From: a virus
IMG/VR virus record: IMGVR_UViG_3300049733_000058
Coordinates: 4,532-68,531 of that record
Reading direction: 5' to 3' (one strand)
Length of the DNA: 64,000 nt
A program made the position numbers and the translations under genes. This document shows, one piece after another, positions 1 through 10,100 of this stretch (position 1 is the stretch's first letter; each line of letters starts with the position of its first letter). The notes under the pieces were generated by a model, which had not been told where the DNA came from, did no database searches, and saw nothing but the letters and a program-made list of their open reading frames with translations.

Positions 1-3000
1 CTAGCCCTTTCTGCTCAGTGCGATGCTGACCTCACGGTCCCTGCGGTCTACCACGTTCCTGGCGATGCGAGCGAACTCCTCATGGCCCGCAATGTTGCCA
101 CTGAAGACGACGGTGCTGCTGACGTTGACGACACTGCCTGCGGCGGACTGCATCCTTCCCGGTCGCACGTCGTAGAAGCCACCCCGGTCCATGGGCACGG
201 TGGCATATCCGAACATGGTGGCGACTCGGTCCAGAATTGCCAGGTCTCGCTTGGTGGGTCTGCCGTGGTGCAGCGGGATATACGCCTCCCCGCCAGTTTC
301 AGGTTCAGCCCACAACCGCCAGGTGCCACCCTTGGCCATCTGAGCGACGTGGTGCTCACCACCCCGTGCGAACGACTTGATGATTCCACCCTTGGCGGCA
401 CCCATGGCCGCGATGTTGGCCTGGTCGGCCACTCGCATCCCTGCGATCTCGAGGTACTGGCGCAGGGTGATAGTCTTGTCATTCAGGTTGTCCCACATGG
501 TCTTGTACTCACGCAGTTGCGAAAGTGAAAGACCGAAGTCAGTCGCCAGTTTGACTTCGTGGTGGGTGGGCAGTTTGTCAACGGCTTCGCCAAAGTCTGT
601 GATCTTGTGGCGAGCGAGGTAGTCGATGACGTCGATGACCAGTTTCAACTCATGCTCCGGCAAGCCGAAGGTGCGGACCAGTTCCTTGGCAGCCTTCTCG
701 CCGCCCTGGATCAGAGTGACGAACATCTCCCCCACCTGAGCCTCGGTCAGTCCCGTGCTTTGAACAAGTGTCTGCATGGAGAGACGGAAGTGATCCTGTA
801 CGGCGGGCATCTGTGCGTTCAATGCTGTTTCCAGAGCGGGTGGGATGCTGGAGGCCAAGGTCCACCCGAACTCGGTGGCGATCCTCCCCGCCTCTTCCGG
901 TGTGATGCCCATGGCCTGGGCGATGCGCTCCTTGGTGGCGGCTTCACCCAGGAAGGTGATGATGGGCGCCATCTCCATGGCGGCTGCCATATCCTTGGCC
1001 TTGAATGGGTCGGCCGCTGCCTTGGCGATGAGGTCTGCTTCGATGGCCAACTTCAACCGCATCTCCCGCATGGCGTTGGTGGCGTTGTTGACCATTTCAA
1101 TGACGGCTTCGCTGTTCTTGCCCAGGAGCACGTCAATGGCGTTGGCCGCAGCGTTCGGCCCCGCCATGGCAATTTCCATCAGCGTCTCGGCATTGAGGCC
1201 CCGGCGCATCAGTTCCTGGATGCCTTCTACGAACCTACCGCTGGTGTTCAGTTGGGCGAACAGGTAACCCCGTAGTTCCTGCTCACCCTCGGCCCCGGCG
1301 TGCTCAATGGCGCCCACGATGCTGAAGTCCTTGCGGAAGGCACCGACGATATCTGCCACCGTCTTCTCGATGTACTTCCTGTATTGCTCGATCTGCTTCT
1401 GGGACTGTTGGATGGCCTGCCCTGTCTGGTTGAGGATGGGACCGCCAGCAGCCGAGGCCAGGTTCTGCCATTCCTCCCGTACCATCTTGAGTTCTTCACG
1501 GGACAGGCGCCCACTGTTGAGCAGGTCCTTTCCAAGCATGTTGCTGACGTTGTTGACGGCTTTGCCCAAGTGGGGCAGTTGTCCGGCCAGGTTTCGGTAG
1601 ACCTCGGCAGTGGGGCGAGCACCATCTCGCCAGAGTTGCATCCAGACGTTGGTGGAAATCTTGTTGAGTTTGGTCTGCTTCTCGACAAGTCGGTTGAGTT
1701 CCTTGGTGGCCTCGATGTTGGCGACGCCCTTGCCGATCACGTCGGGCAGAAGGCTGCCTGCCCCTACAATGTTCAACAACTCGTGACCCACGCCTTGCAG
1801 CACACCCTTGGTGGTGCCCCACACACTTTGATATTGCTGCATCGCATCGGCGGAGGAGTTCTGTTCCTTGCGGACGGCGGCTATGGCCCTCTCCAACCCG
1901 GACCAGGTGTTCAGGTTGAAGCCCTGCGTCAGTTGCGCAAGGTTCATGCGAGCGTTCTGCTGGGCCTGGTTCAGTGCGCCGAGGCCAACGGTCAGCCCGA
2001 GGAAAGCGGCCGGAAGCCCGATAGCGAGTCGTGGAATCCACCGTGCTATCGCCTGGAGGCCGCTGCCGGTGCGGGTCAGCATGGTGGCCACACGTTCGGT
2101 GACCAACCCGGTGCGGGCGAGGATGGCGGTCAGCCACGTCAAGGCGGTGCCCGTGGTACGCACACCACCTGGAATTCTAGTGAACACAGAGAGCAGGCCC
2201 AACTTCTGAGACTGCAACTTCTGGGCCGAAGCACCCATCATGTTGCTGGTATTCGTGAAGAGGGTTCCTGCTCTGGCGTAGCGACTGGCAGCCAGGACGA
2301 TGCTGTTGCTACTGGCCTGCCATCTCATTCCGAAGTTCGTGACCCAGTTGCCTGCGGCCTGGACGACCTTGCCCAGCCCAGCGGTGGCAGCCCGCACGGC
2401 GATGGACTTCAGCACGAACATGCCCAGCACCCCAACCACCACCATCAGCGCACTGGAAAGCCCACCCAGGAGGGCGATAGCGGTCTTCAGTGGGCCAGGC
2501 AGGACGTTCCATGCACCGGCCATGAAGGTCACCACCTGCGCCATGGCCTTCACCACGGGCAGGAACACCGCACCGATTTCCAGGCCGATGGACTTCAGTT
2601 GATTTATCATCAACTTGATCTGCATGCTGGCCGACTGCATCTGCTGCTTCAGAGCGTCGTTGGTGGCTCCCGTGGTCTCCTTCATCTGCTCTTGCACACG
2701 GTTGTAGGTCTGGCCTTCGTTGGCCATCAATGCCAGGGCACCCCGAGCGGCTCTGATCTCGTCGAACCACTCCAGCAATACGCTGATGTTGCCGCCGCTG
2801 GCCTTACGTAGTTCTTCCATGACGGCGTGCAAGCCCCGGCTGGCCACCGCCTGCTGAAGCGTCTGGCTACTGAGCCTGGACCATGCTGTGGTCAACGCCT
2901 CGCTGGGCTGAATCAGGGACTGCACCATGCGGTTGAGGCTGGTGCCGCTCTCTGCGGCGCTGATGCCAGAAAGGGTCATCGTCGCCAGGGCGGCGTTGGC

Positions 3001-3693
3001 GTCCTGGATCGGGATACTGGCCTGCGAGACCATGCCCACGTAGTCACCGGTGGTGGCAGCCAGTTCGGAGAAGGTGACGACACCAAGGTTCACCGTCTGG
3101 AACAAAATGTCGCTGACCTTGGCTGCCTGATTGGCAGACATGCCATAGGCGTTCAGAACGCTGGTGATGGCACGGCCTGCTTCGGCAGTGGTGGAGAGGC
3201 CAGCGGTGGCAGCCTTGGCAGACTGGAATAGAACCTGCTGTCCGGCGGCGCCAACGAACCCTGACGATGCGATGTCGTAGTACCCCTCCGCCAGTTCCTT
3301 GGCAGACTGAGGCAGAATTCGAGACATTGCTATGATTTGTGCTGTAGTTTTACCGAAACCTTCTCGAACTGTGTAGTCAATGGTGGCGACGTTGCGCATC
3401 GCCGATTCCAATTGGATGGCTCCGTAGGTGGCACCGACCAGGCTCACCCCCAGTCCGATGCCAGCGTTACGGATGCGCCGAGCGGTGCGCTCCATGCCTG
3501 CCACCACACCTTGGAAGGTGTTCATGACAGACTTGCCAACGTTCTGAATTCCCTGGAGGGTGGCGGCGAAAGTCTTGCCTGCGGTGTCCGCCTGGGCGAA
3601 GCCCTTGACGATACCTACCGGATCGGCGTCAAGAACGACCTTGATGCCGACGACCGCAGCACTACCGCCTACCAAGTTTCCTAAACCGGCCAC
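1..3693 (-). CDS. tape measure protein
   Basis: 1230 aa Ala/Gly-rich helical protein with TP901-type core (AKELAEGYYDIASSG...TVNLGVVTFSELA); C-terminal WAEPETGGEAYIPL typical of actinophage TMPs; follows tail chaperones. Confidence 0.95.
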   Translation of the reverse strand: MAGLGNLVGGSAAVVGIKVVLDADPVGIVKGFAQADTAGKTFAATLQGIQNVGKSVMNTFQGVVAGMERTARRIRNAGIGLGVSLVGATYGAIQLESAMRNVATIDYTVREGFGKTTAQIIAMSRILPQSAKELAEGYYDIASSGFVGAAGQQVLFQSAKAATAGLSTTAEAGRAITSVLNAYGMSANQAAKVSDILFQTVNLGVVTFSELAATTGDYVGMVSQASIPIQDANAALATMTLSGISAAESGTSLNRMVQSLIQPSEALTTAWSRLSSQTLQQAVASRGLHAVMEELRKASGGNISVLLEWFDEIRAARGALALMANEGQTYNRVQEQMKETTGATNDALKQQMQSASMQIKLMINQLKSIGLEIGAVFLPVVKAMAQVVTFMAGAWNVLPGPLKTAIALLGGLSSALMVVVGVLGMFVLKSIAVRAATAGLGKVVQAAGNWVTNFGMRWQASSNSIVLAASRYARAGTLFTNTSNMMGASAQKLQSQKLGLLSVFTRIPGGVRTTGTALTWLTAILARTGLVTERVATMLTRTGSGLQAIARWIPRLAIGLPAAFLGLTVGLGALNQAQQNARMNLAQLTQGFNLNTWSGLERAIAAVRKEQNSSADAMQQYQSVWGTTKGVLQGVGHELLNIVGAGSLLPDVIGKGVANIEATKELNRLVEKQTKLNKISTNVWMQLWRDGARPTAEVYRNLAGQLPHLGKAVNNVSNMLGKDLLNSGRLSREELKMVREEWQNLASAAGGPILNQTGQAIQQSQKQIEQYRKYIEKTVADIVGAFRKDFSIVGAIEHAGAEGEQELRGYLFAQLNTSGRFVEGIQELMRRGLNAETLMEIAMAGPNAAANAIDVLLGKNSEAVIEMVNNATNAMREMRLKLAIEADLIAKAAADPFKAKDMAAAMEMAPIITFLGEAATKERIAQAMGITPEEAGRIATEFGWTLASSIPPALETALNAQMPAVQDHFRLSMQTLVQSTGLTEAQVGEMFVTLIQGGEKAAKELVRTFGLPEHELKLVIDVIDYLARHKITDFGEAVDKLPTHHEVKLATDFGLSLSQLREYKTMWDNLNDKTITLRQYLEIAGMRVADQANIAAMGAAKGGIIKSFARGGEHHVAQMAKGGTWRLWAEPETGGEAYIPLHHGRPTKRDLAILDRVATMFGYATVPMDRGGFYDVRPGRMQSAAGSVVNVSSTVVFSGNIAGHEEFARIARNVVDRRDREVSIALSRKG

Positions 3694-3988
3694 GATGCGC
3701 TTCCTCGTTTAGTCGCAGGAACACGTAGATGTGGTCCCTCTGCTTATCAGGAATCTCATCCCTGGCAGCGGAGAGCGTCTCGCAGCCTAGACAGTTGACG
3801 GTGTGTGCGATGTAGGGATCGACGGTATGTGGCTGGCCCTTGTCGTTGAGCCACTCGTCTGGGAAGGTGCCGCAGTTAGGGCACCTCTCTCCCGCATGCA
3901 ACTCGTATTCGATTGCGGCTTCCTGGTCGTGCTCGTCCCAGGACAAGAACTCCGAATGTGGTATGCCCATCTGATTGCAAAGGCGCAT
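3662..3988 (-). CDS. tail assembly chaperone, -1 frameshift extension (gpT-like)
   Basis: Open in the -1 frame from the GGGAAAA slippery site at 4021-4027 (GKRLKRDPRYRLEMRLCNQMG...); lies between chaperone and TMP. Confidence 0.85.
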   Translation of the reverse strand: MRLCNQMGIPHSEFLSWDEHDQEAAIEYELHAGERCPNCGTFPDEWLNDKGQPHTVDPYIAHTVNCLGCETLSAARDEIPDKQRDHIYVFLRLNEEAHRGRFRKLGRR

Positions 3989-4014
3989 CTCAAGGCGGTA
4001 CCTCGGGTCTCGTT

Positions 4015-4605
4015 TCAGCCTTTTCCCAGGTCAATGACCGATGCGTGGAATTGTGCGTTCTGGGCTGTGGTCAGCAGCGCACCTAGTTCGGCAGCCGACC
4101 AGTCTGGATCGTCGTAGATCTCCTGCACTTGCTCCAGGGTGAGGTCTGGCTCGACGATGGCCTCGGCAATCAGAGCCGGAGGGAAGGTGTCGCTGTTCCA
4201 CTCCAGCATGTCCGGGTCTTGGCCGTAGGCCTCTGCCTTCTGCTTCTGCTCATCCGTGGGTGGGTTGGAAAGCAGGAGGTCTTCGTAGCGCTTGCGACCG
4301 ATACTACGGAAGACGAACACAACGGATCGCTCGGTCGCCGCCTTCTCAGCCTTTTCGTAGGCTGCCTTGGCGTCCTTGAGTCGGTGCTGCACGCCCGTGT
4401 CCTCCGGCCCTGCATGCTCTACTTCGATCTCTGCGTATCGAAGATCGTTTTGGGCCTTGATGAACTCTTCCCCGATCTCGCTGTCCAGGCAGAGCCGCAG
4501 TGTGCGAGTCACCGGCTTCTTCATGGACTTGAGATGGTCGAACGTCTGCGGACGACTCTCTTGTGTCTTGGTGGTCACGTTGCTTGGCTTTCCCGAGTTG
4601 GACAT
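4015..4605 (-). CDS. tail assembly chaperone (gpG-like)
   Basis: 196 aa between tail tube and TMP; ends CTG GGA AAA GGC TGA. Confidence 0.85.
   Translation of the reverse strand: MSNSGKPSNVTTKTQESRPQTFDHLKSMKKPVTRTLRLCLDSEIGEEFIKAQNDLRYAEIEVEHAGPEDTGVQHRLKDAKAAYEKAEKAATERSVVFVFRSIGRKRYEDLLLSNPPTDEQKQKAEAYGQDPDMLEWNSDTFPPALIAEAIVEPDLTLEQVQEIYDDPDWSAAELGALLTTAQNAQFHASVIDLGKG
4021..4027 (-). other. programmed -1 ribosomal frameshift site GGGAAAA
   Basis: + strand ttttccc; X XXY YYZ heptamer in the correct phase; -1 frame joins ORF 3662-3988. Confidence 0.85.
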
Positions 4606-4648
4606 TTGACCCCCTATCTCGGCTTAGTGCCCTTCTGCATGACTGGTG

Positions 4649-5125
4649 TTACGTCATCGTCTTGTCGAACCCAGGGACAGCCGTCGGCGTGTACGTGATC
4701 TGGTACTTGGCGGCTTCGTTGTCCGCCGTGTACTGCCGAGCGTTGCTGGCCACCTGGACCGGCCAAACGTCACACTTGTCACCCGCTGCGGGAGACGCAC
4801 CTGCGATTCCCTTGTAGAGAATGACAACGTAGCCGTTTGTCCCCTTGGCCTGCGCCGTCGAGATCGCGTTCGTGGTGTCGTCTTCGTAGAAGATGAGGTT
4901 CGAGTCTTCGGTGGTGTCCTCACCGGAGACACTGGCCACGAACGTTGAACTCATGTCCGGAGCAGCAATCGGGTTGTTGCTGAACGTGAACCCGTTGATC
5001 TCGGCCAACTGCGTGTCGAGACGGGTGCCGCCGTTCACTTCCGCTGCCGTGGGGATCAAGGTCGGTGACGCAATGGTGAGGACGAAATAGAACCTCGTCT
5101 TGCCTTTCCGCATGAAGCGGACCAT
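4649..5125 (-). CDS. major tail (tube) protein
   Basis: 158 aa Thr/Ala-rich (GTNGYVVI...AAGDKCDVWPVQV), resembles actinobacterial tail tube proteins; synteny. Confidence 0.8.
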   Translation of the reverse strand: MVRFMRKGKTRFYFVLTIASPTLIPTAAEVNGGTRLDTQLAEINGFTFSNNPIAAPDMSSTFVASVSGEDTTEDSNLIFYEDDTTNAISTAQAKGTNGYVVILYKGIAGASPAAGDKCDVWPVQVASNARQYTADNEAAKYQITYTPTAVPGFDKTMT

Positions 5126-5156
5126 CGCTCACTCCTTGCTCGTTGCTGATGGGGTT

Positions 5157-5402
5157 CTACTGGTCGCCCTCGGAGGGCTTTCCAGCCGGTGCGGGGGCCG
5201 GGGATGACTCCGCTTCGAGAACCCAGCCGCGGGGTTCCCAAACCTCTTCGAACGCTTCCTTGGTGACGGAGGCCGGAGGACCTTCCACCGAGGGGTTGGA
5301 AATGGTGACCCACTCCGGGCTAGGGTCGGGAGGATCGAGAGTGGCATTGGCTGCCGCCGCCATCTCCCGAGCCTTTTCTGCCTCTGAACTTGACTTGGTC
5401 AT
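5157..5402 (-). CDS. small hypothetical virion-cluster protein
   Basis: 81 aa; start overlaps stop of upstream gene (ATGA). Confidence 0.6.
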   Translation of the reverse strand: MTKSSSEAEKAREMAAAANATLDPPDPSPEWVTISNPSVEGPPASVTKEAFEEVWEPRGWVLEAESSPAPAPAGKPSEGDQ

Positions 5403-5830
5403 GCTTGTGGCACCACCTTGATTCGGTACGTGTCAGGCGACTCGTACAATCGGTCACCGCTCTTCACTATAGCCCCAAGGCCAGAAGCCCACCTGTGCGC
5501 CACTGAGAACCCATCCGGGACCATGGCGACAAGATAGTCCCCATCGGCGTCTCTGCCAATCAGCAGGCTCCGGGTGAGGTCTGACATCCAGCGGGTCTGC
5601 TTGGGGGTGCTGCCCACGTTAGTGATCTGGAACACAATTTCCATGTCGTTGTCGGGGGTGGCCCACGGGCCATCGTTCCTGGTTCCGATCAGGTACACGA
5701 TGGCGTAGGGCAGTTCCAAGGTGTTGACCTTGGGCACATCGTGGTCTCCGACTTGCTGTCCGCTGTACTCCTTTAGCCATTCGACCATGTAGGCAGCCAC
5801 GTCTTCTCGGTTGACGAACGTGTCGCTCAT
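5399..5830 (-). CDS. tail terminator / tail completion protein
   Basis: 143 aa, LPYAIVY...FQITNVG pattern; synteny upstream of tail tube. Confidence 0.7.
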   Translation of the reverse strand: MSDTFVNREDVAAYMVEWLKEYSGQQVGDHDVPKVNTLELPYAIVYLIGTRNDGPWATPDNDMEIVFQITNVGSTPKQTRWMSDLTRSLLIGRDADGDYLVAMVPDGFSVAHRWASGLGAIVKSGDRLYESPDTYRIKVVPQA

Positions 5831-6207
5831 GTTGCCAGTCCTCTCACGATCTGCATGATGGCCTGGGTGTATTCAGGACCGACTTCCTGCATGGCGGGGC
5901 GGAAGTGCGGCTGCGGCGGCTGTGCGTAGTTGCGGCCCAGACTGTCCACGCCCACAAAGCCGAATTCCAGGCGCCGTGCATAGGCGTCGTCACTGGCGAC
6001 GACCACCGTGTACCCGCTGACGTCGGCGTACAGCCTCGCCCGGTAGCCTCCGGTGTCCACTGGTGCCCGGTCCTGCACAGCCCTCAGCAACTTGTGCGAG
6101 AACTCCTGGGCCAGCGCTTGCATCTCTTTCCGCATGCCCGACCGCATGATGTACTGCCACTTCGCTCGAAGTCTGTCCAGCCCCTCAATGCTGACGGAGA
6201 TGTTCAC
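5827..6207 (-). CDS. HK97 gp10-like neck/tail completion protein
   Basis: APVDTG...YARRLEFG...QPPQPHFRPA motifs; start re-called to GTG at 6207 (GTGA overlap). Confidence 0.8.
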   Translation of the reverse strand: MNISVSIEGLDRLRAKWQYIMRSGMRKEMQALAQEFSHKLLRAVQDRAPVDTGGYRARLYADVSGYTVVVASDDAYARRLEFGFVGVDSLGRNYAQPPQPHFRPAMQEVGPEYTQAIMQIVRGLAT

Positions 6208-6617
6208 AGGCTGATCTGCCCAGCGAACTCGCGCTGTTCCATCTGGCAGGTACGGGCAGCCTGCATGCTGCTGCGGTCCACCGACACGATGGTGAACACG
6301 GTGTCGTTGATCTGTGGATCCCGCATGCACACGTCCAGGATGACGTAGTCGTTCACCATCAGGGGCGGGCAGGTCAGCGGCACGTACAACGTGTATCGGA
6401 GATAACTGGCAGTACCACCACCTTCAGGAGTCTCGTTCGGATAGGCGTTGATGACCAGTACCAGTGCCTTGCCCTGATACAACTGCACGTCGGGAGCAGA
6501 GGTGTACTTCCCGGTGTGGTTGTCGAAGATGTCGTTGGCCTGGCCTCGGGCGATGGTGACCTGGTCAGTCATCTCACCTTCGACGAAGCGAGTGATGGGG
6601 CTGAGGTCAATCGGCAT
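6204..6617 (-). CDS. head-to-tail stopper (DUF6093-like)
   Basis: MTDQVTIARG...YQGKALV...YTLYVPL; start re-called to ATG at 6617. Confidence 0.7.
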   Translation of the reverse strand: MPIDLSPITRFVEGEMTDQVTIARGQANDIFDNHTGKYTSAPDVQLYQGKALVLVINAYPNETPEGGGTASYLRYTLYVPLTCPPLMVNDYVILDVCMRDPQINDTVFTIVSVDRSSMQAARTCQMEQREFAGQISL

Positions 6618-6885
6618 TTCCCATTGCCTCCAGTACGTCAGCGATGGTCTGAACGATGTAGTAGGTGACGTTACCCTCGTCACCCCACCCCAGGCGAGCC
6701 AGGGCTATTGCTTCCAGTTCTTGCACGTTGATTCTACGTACCAGGTCCGCCAGCGCTTGGTACGGGACCGGAACCGCGATCTCCAGCACCACTACGGAAG
6801 GCAAGCCAAGCGTCGTAGCGCTTCCTGGCGTCGACTCCGACGGGGTCTGTTCTGGCTTCGTAGAAGACTGGGACATCCTCGTCAC
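6607..6885 (-). CDS. hypothetical protein
   Basis: 92 aa, coupled to neighbours in the head-tail operon. Confidence 0.55.
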   Translation of the reverse strand: MTRMSQSSTKPEQTPSESTPGSATTLGLPSVVVLEIAVPVPYQALADLVRRINVQELEAIALARLGWGDEGNVTYYIVQTIADVLEAMGNAD

Positions 6886-7118
6886 CCCTCAGTTGCTCGT
6901 GCGGATCCAGCAGGTCCCAGATTTCTTCCGGGATTCCGAACGGGTACGCCTGGCAGTGACCCGGCCGAAGGGCTTGGTCCCTCGGTACGTTCCTCTTGTC
7001 CAGCCGGGTGCAACTCTGACAGATCGGCGTTGAGAACGACATTGGCATCTTGCACCACACTTCCGTTAAAAAGTTCTACGATGATGGGGTCATATACAGG
7101 TTTGCGGGCCATGACCAC
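6882..7118 (-). CDS. hypothetical protein
   Basis: 78 aa filling the gap between the MuF-like gene and the next gene. Confidence 0.45.
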   Translation of the reverse strand: MVMARKPVYDPIIVELFNGSVVQDANVVLNADLSELHPAGQEERTEGPSPSAGSLPGVPVRNPGRNLGPAGSARATEG

Positions 7119-7121
7119 AGC

Positions 7122-10100
7122 CTAGCCCCCGACCCTCGGACTGACGGTGTCCACCACCCGGCGGAGCACCACCTTGGTCACCTTGTCCTGCATCATCTGA
7201 CTGAACTCTGCCTTCTGCTCCTCCAGTTCCTCATCGCTGAAGTCTAGTTCCAGGCCGTACTCCTTGATGAGGTTCTCAATTACCCGCTTGGAAGGCGTCC
7301 ACCGGGGCGTTACGCTGACGACCTCAAACGTTCCCTTGGTCAGCGCTTCGAGGTTTCGACCCACGGTGGTGGCAGTGAGGTCTGCAAGCCCGAAGTCCTT
7401 GTCAACTACGGGCAGTCGTTGAGCGCCGCCTTCAAGTTCTACGAAGATCCCTCGGGTGAAGGGCTTGTCCAGGTGCGAGTACGTGGCAGCCATCCAGTCC
7501 TCTTCGGTGAAACTGCTGAAGGGTAGTTCGAATGTGTTGCCCACCTTCATGAGTTCTTCGGCATGCGCCTGCTGTGGTGTGTTGCCCACCGTCTCGTAGG
7601 TGATGCCTCTGAACATCTTCTTCTTGTCTGGATATGAATATTTCTCCCACATCTTGTCCAGGTGGATGGCGGCGGCAACGTCCCGGTCGTTGTAGGCAAC
7701 TTCAGGGCGGGCGATGCCGTGCATTTCTTCCCAGGCAGCCCGAATGGTGGTCACCTGAGAATTGTCTTCGGCCCAGTAGTGCAGTACCGAGGTGTCTAGC
7801 GTTTCACCTTGGTAGTGACGGTACGGGAAGAGAGCCTCCTGCATGGCTTGGGCAGTGTCCTCTTCGCCGTCAAAGGTTCTGGCGATCCTCAGCGCCCTCT
7901 TCTTGAAGTCGTCTGTCATGTTGCTGGGTACTTCGTGGTTGAAGACTCGCTCAATCACGTCACGCTGGTCGGCAACGACTTCTCCACCTACGGGGCGGGC
8001 CTGGTCCACCATGCGGGCGGCTTGACGCCCCAACAATTTTTCGTCGTAGAATCCACCAATAATTCTTGAAAGATTGGTGGGGTCCCGGTGGTACAAGTAG
8101 TGGCTCATGTTTTCTGAGATCATCTCGTCGATGTTCATGGCGCCGTACTCGCCGGTGATCCTCACGATGTTGCGCTCTACTGCTCGCAGGTTGTTCGGTG
8201 CCTGGTTGATGCGTAGTTCGTCCCGCAGTACCACCTGTCGACGCCACGCCATGAAACTACTGCCCAGCGGGTCACGGGTCTTGTAGTCAAACGGTAGGGC
8301 GGCAATATCTGTCAGCCGTTGTTCGATGTACTTGGGGTTGGTGATCCAGTGCAGGTTCAGGCTGGTGCGGTCGGCGATGACGTCCACCAGTTCATGGATC
8401 TCTGCTTCAGTCAGGTGGTCTGTCAGCCAGTGGGCGGTCTCGTGCAGCATGAGCCGATCGAAGATGTTGTCGCCGGTATACCTCCGCCCGGTGGGCACGA
8501 CCCCGGACCGAGCCTCGTAGCGGATGATATCAGAGACGTCGGCCTGGGTCTTGGCATAGTTGAACGCCCATTCTGCGTGGACGTTGATGTTGCCTTGCAA
8601 GTATGAGAACTGCCCTGCGTTGGCAACGTAGGCTCGGTCGGTGGTGATGCGAATGCCGGGCATGTCTTCCAGATTCGGAAAACGTTTGCGGGTGTACAAC
8701 TGCAAACGGAGCGACTCCTTGACGAAGTCATCATCCACGGCGTTCAGCAGGGTGTTGGGACCCAACATCTGCTCGGCTTCGTCAAAGAGTTCGATGAAGA
8801 ACCTGGTCTCACCTACTCGGAACGAGGTGGGGCTCTCCTCTACGGCAAGCCGCTTCCAGTTGGCGATGGTGGCGTACTGCTCCGGCTCCAGTCTGGTCAC
8901 GCTGTACGAAGTGGGTACGAACTTGCGGGTGGCGATCTCAAAGTTGGTGACCAAGCGCTCCCAGTTGCGCTGGATGACAGCCAGTGCCTCACCCCTGGCG
9001 ATGAAGTACGTCTGGAATCTACCGAAGTAGTAGTCCAGGTCAAACCCGCCCTTGATGGGCGCCAGCGGATCCACCAGGCGCATGTGTCGGCCCTTGCGGT
9101 ACATCTCATGCGACTTGGCGATGAGATCATCCATGGTGAGGTGCTGGGCAGCCTTGCCAATCTTCTGATAGACCTCCAGGTACTCAGCCTTCACTCCGGG
9201 CGGCAACCCTTGGAATCCGAAGGGATTGAGCACTCCGCTGCTGGACCAGTCTCGGTAGACGATGCCTTCCCGTGCTTCGACGTTGTTGATCCAGTTGCGC
9301 AGGTGCAGCAGTTTGAGTTGGATCTGTCTCGGCCCGTCGCTGGGCAGAATGTCGGCCAGGTACCGCAGCGCACGCTCATCCACTGGGTTGGTGAACTTGT
9401 TGCCCATAGCGGTGACCACACGGTCCAGCGCTTCGGCTCGGGAGACCGGCCCTTCGCCTTCGATGCTGCTGGAGAACATCTTGCGCATGGTCTCAACGGT
9501 GCGGTCCCAATTCGGAATAGCATCGTCCAACTTGGTGAAGCCCAGCCGGTACGACATCAAGTGCATGCTGGCAAAGCCCTCGTCCACCAGTGCCTTGACT
9601 TCCTGCGCTCGCAGCGCCAGGACGTTGGCAATGTCGTAGACGTTCCACCCGAAGATTTTCATGTTGGTGGCAACGCTGCGCAGCCCGTCCTGGTCGAAGT
9701 GCAGGCGGCTGAGGAAGCGCACGTTGCCCCGTTGCAAGGCTCGGAGGAACGGATTGTTCTCTACGGCCCGCAGCCCACTGAACCGAATACCACCAAACAA
9801 CGTAGACTTGATACCTGCGCCGGTCTCTTCTGCCAGGTGGCGGCTGCTGACCTGGATGGTCTTGAACACTTCCACCGGGTTGGTCATCACCCATCGGAAC
9901 AGACCGCTGTAGGTACCGTCAAAGTTCTTGGTCAGCAGGTTCTGGAGGGAGAGGTCTTCCACCACCCGCTTGACGGCGTCAATGGGAATGCGGAGGTTGG
10001 CGCTGATATCAAAGATGGACTTGTTGAAGATGCGCCACTCCACCTTGGCAGAATGGAACTTGAACTGGCGCACCACGTAGCCCAGGTCACGAGCCACCCG

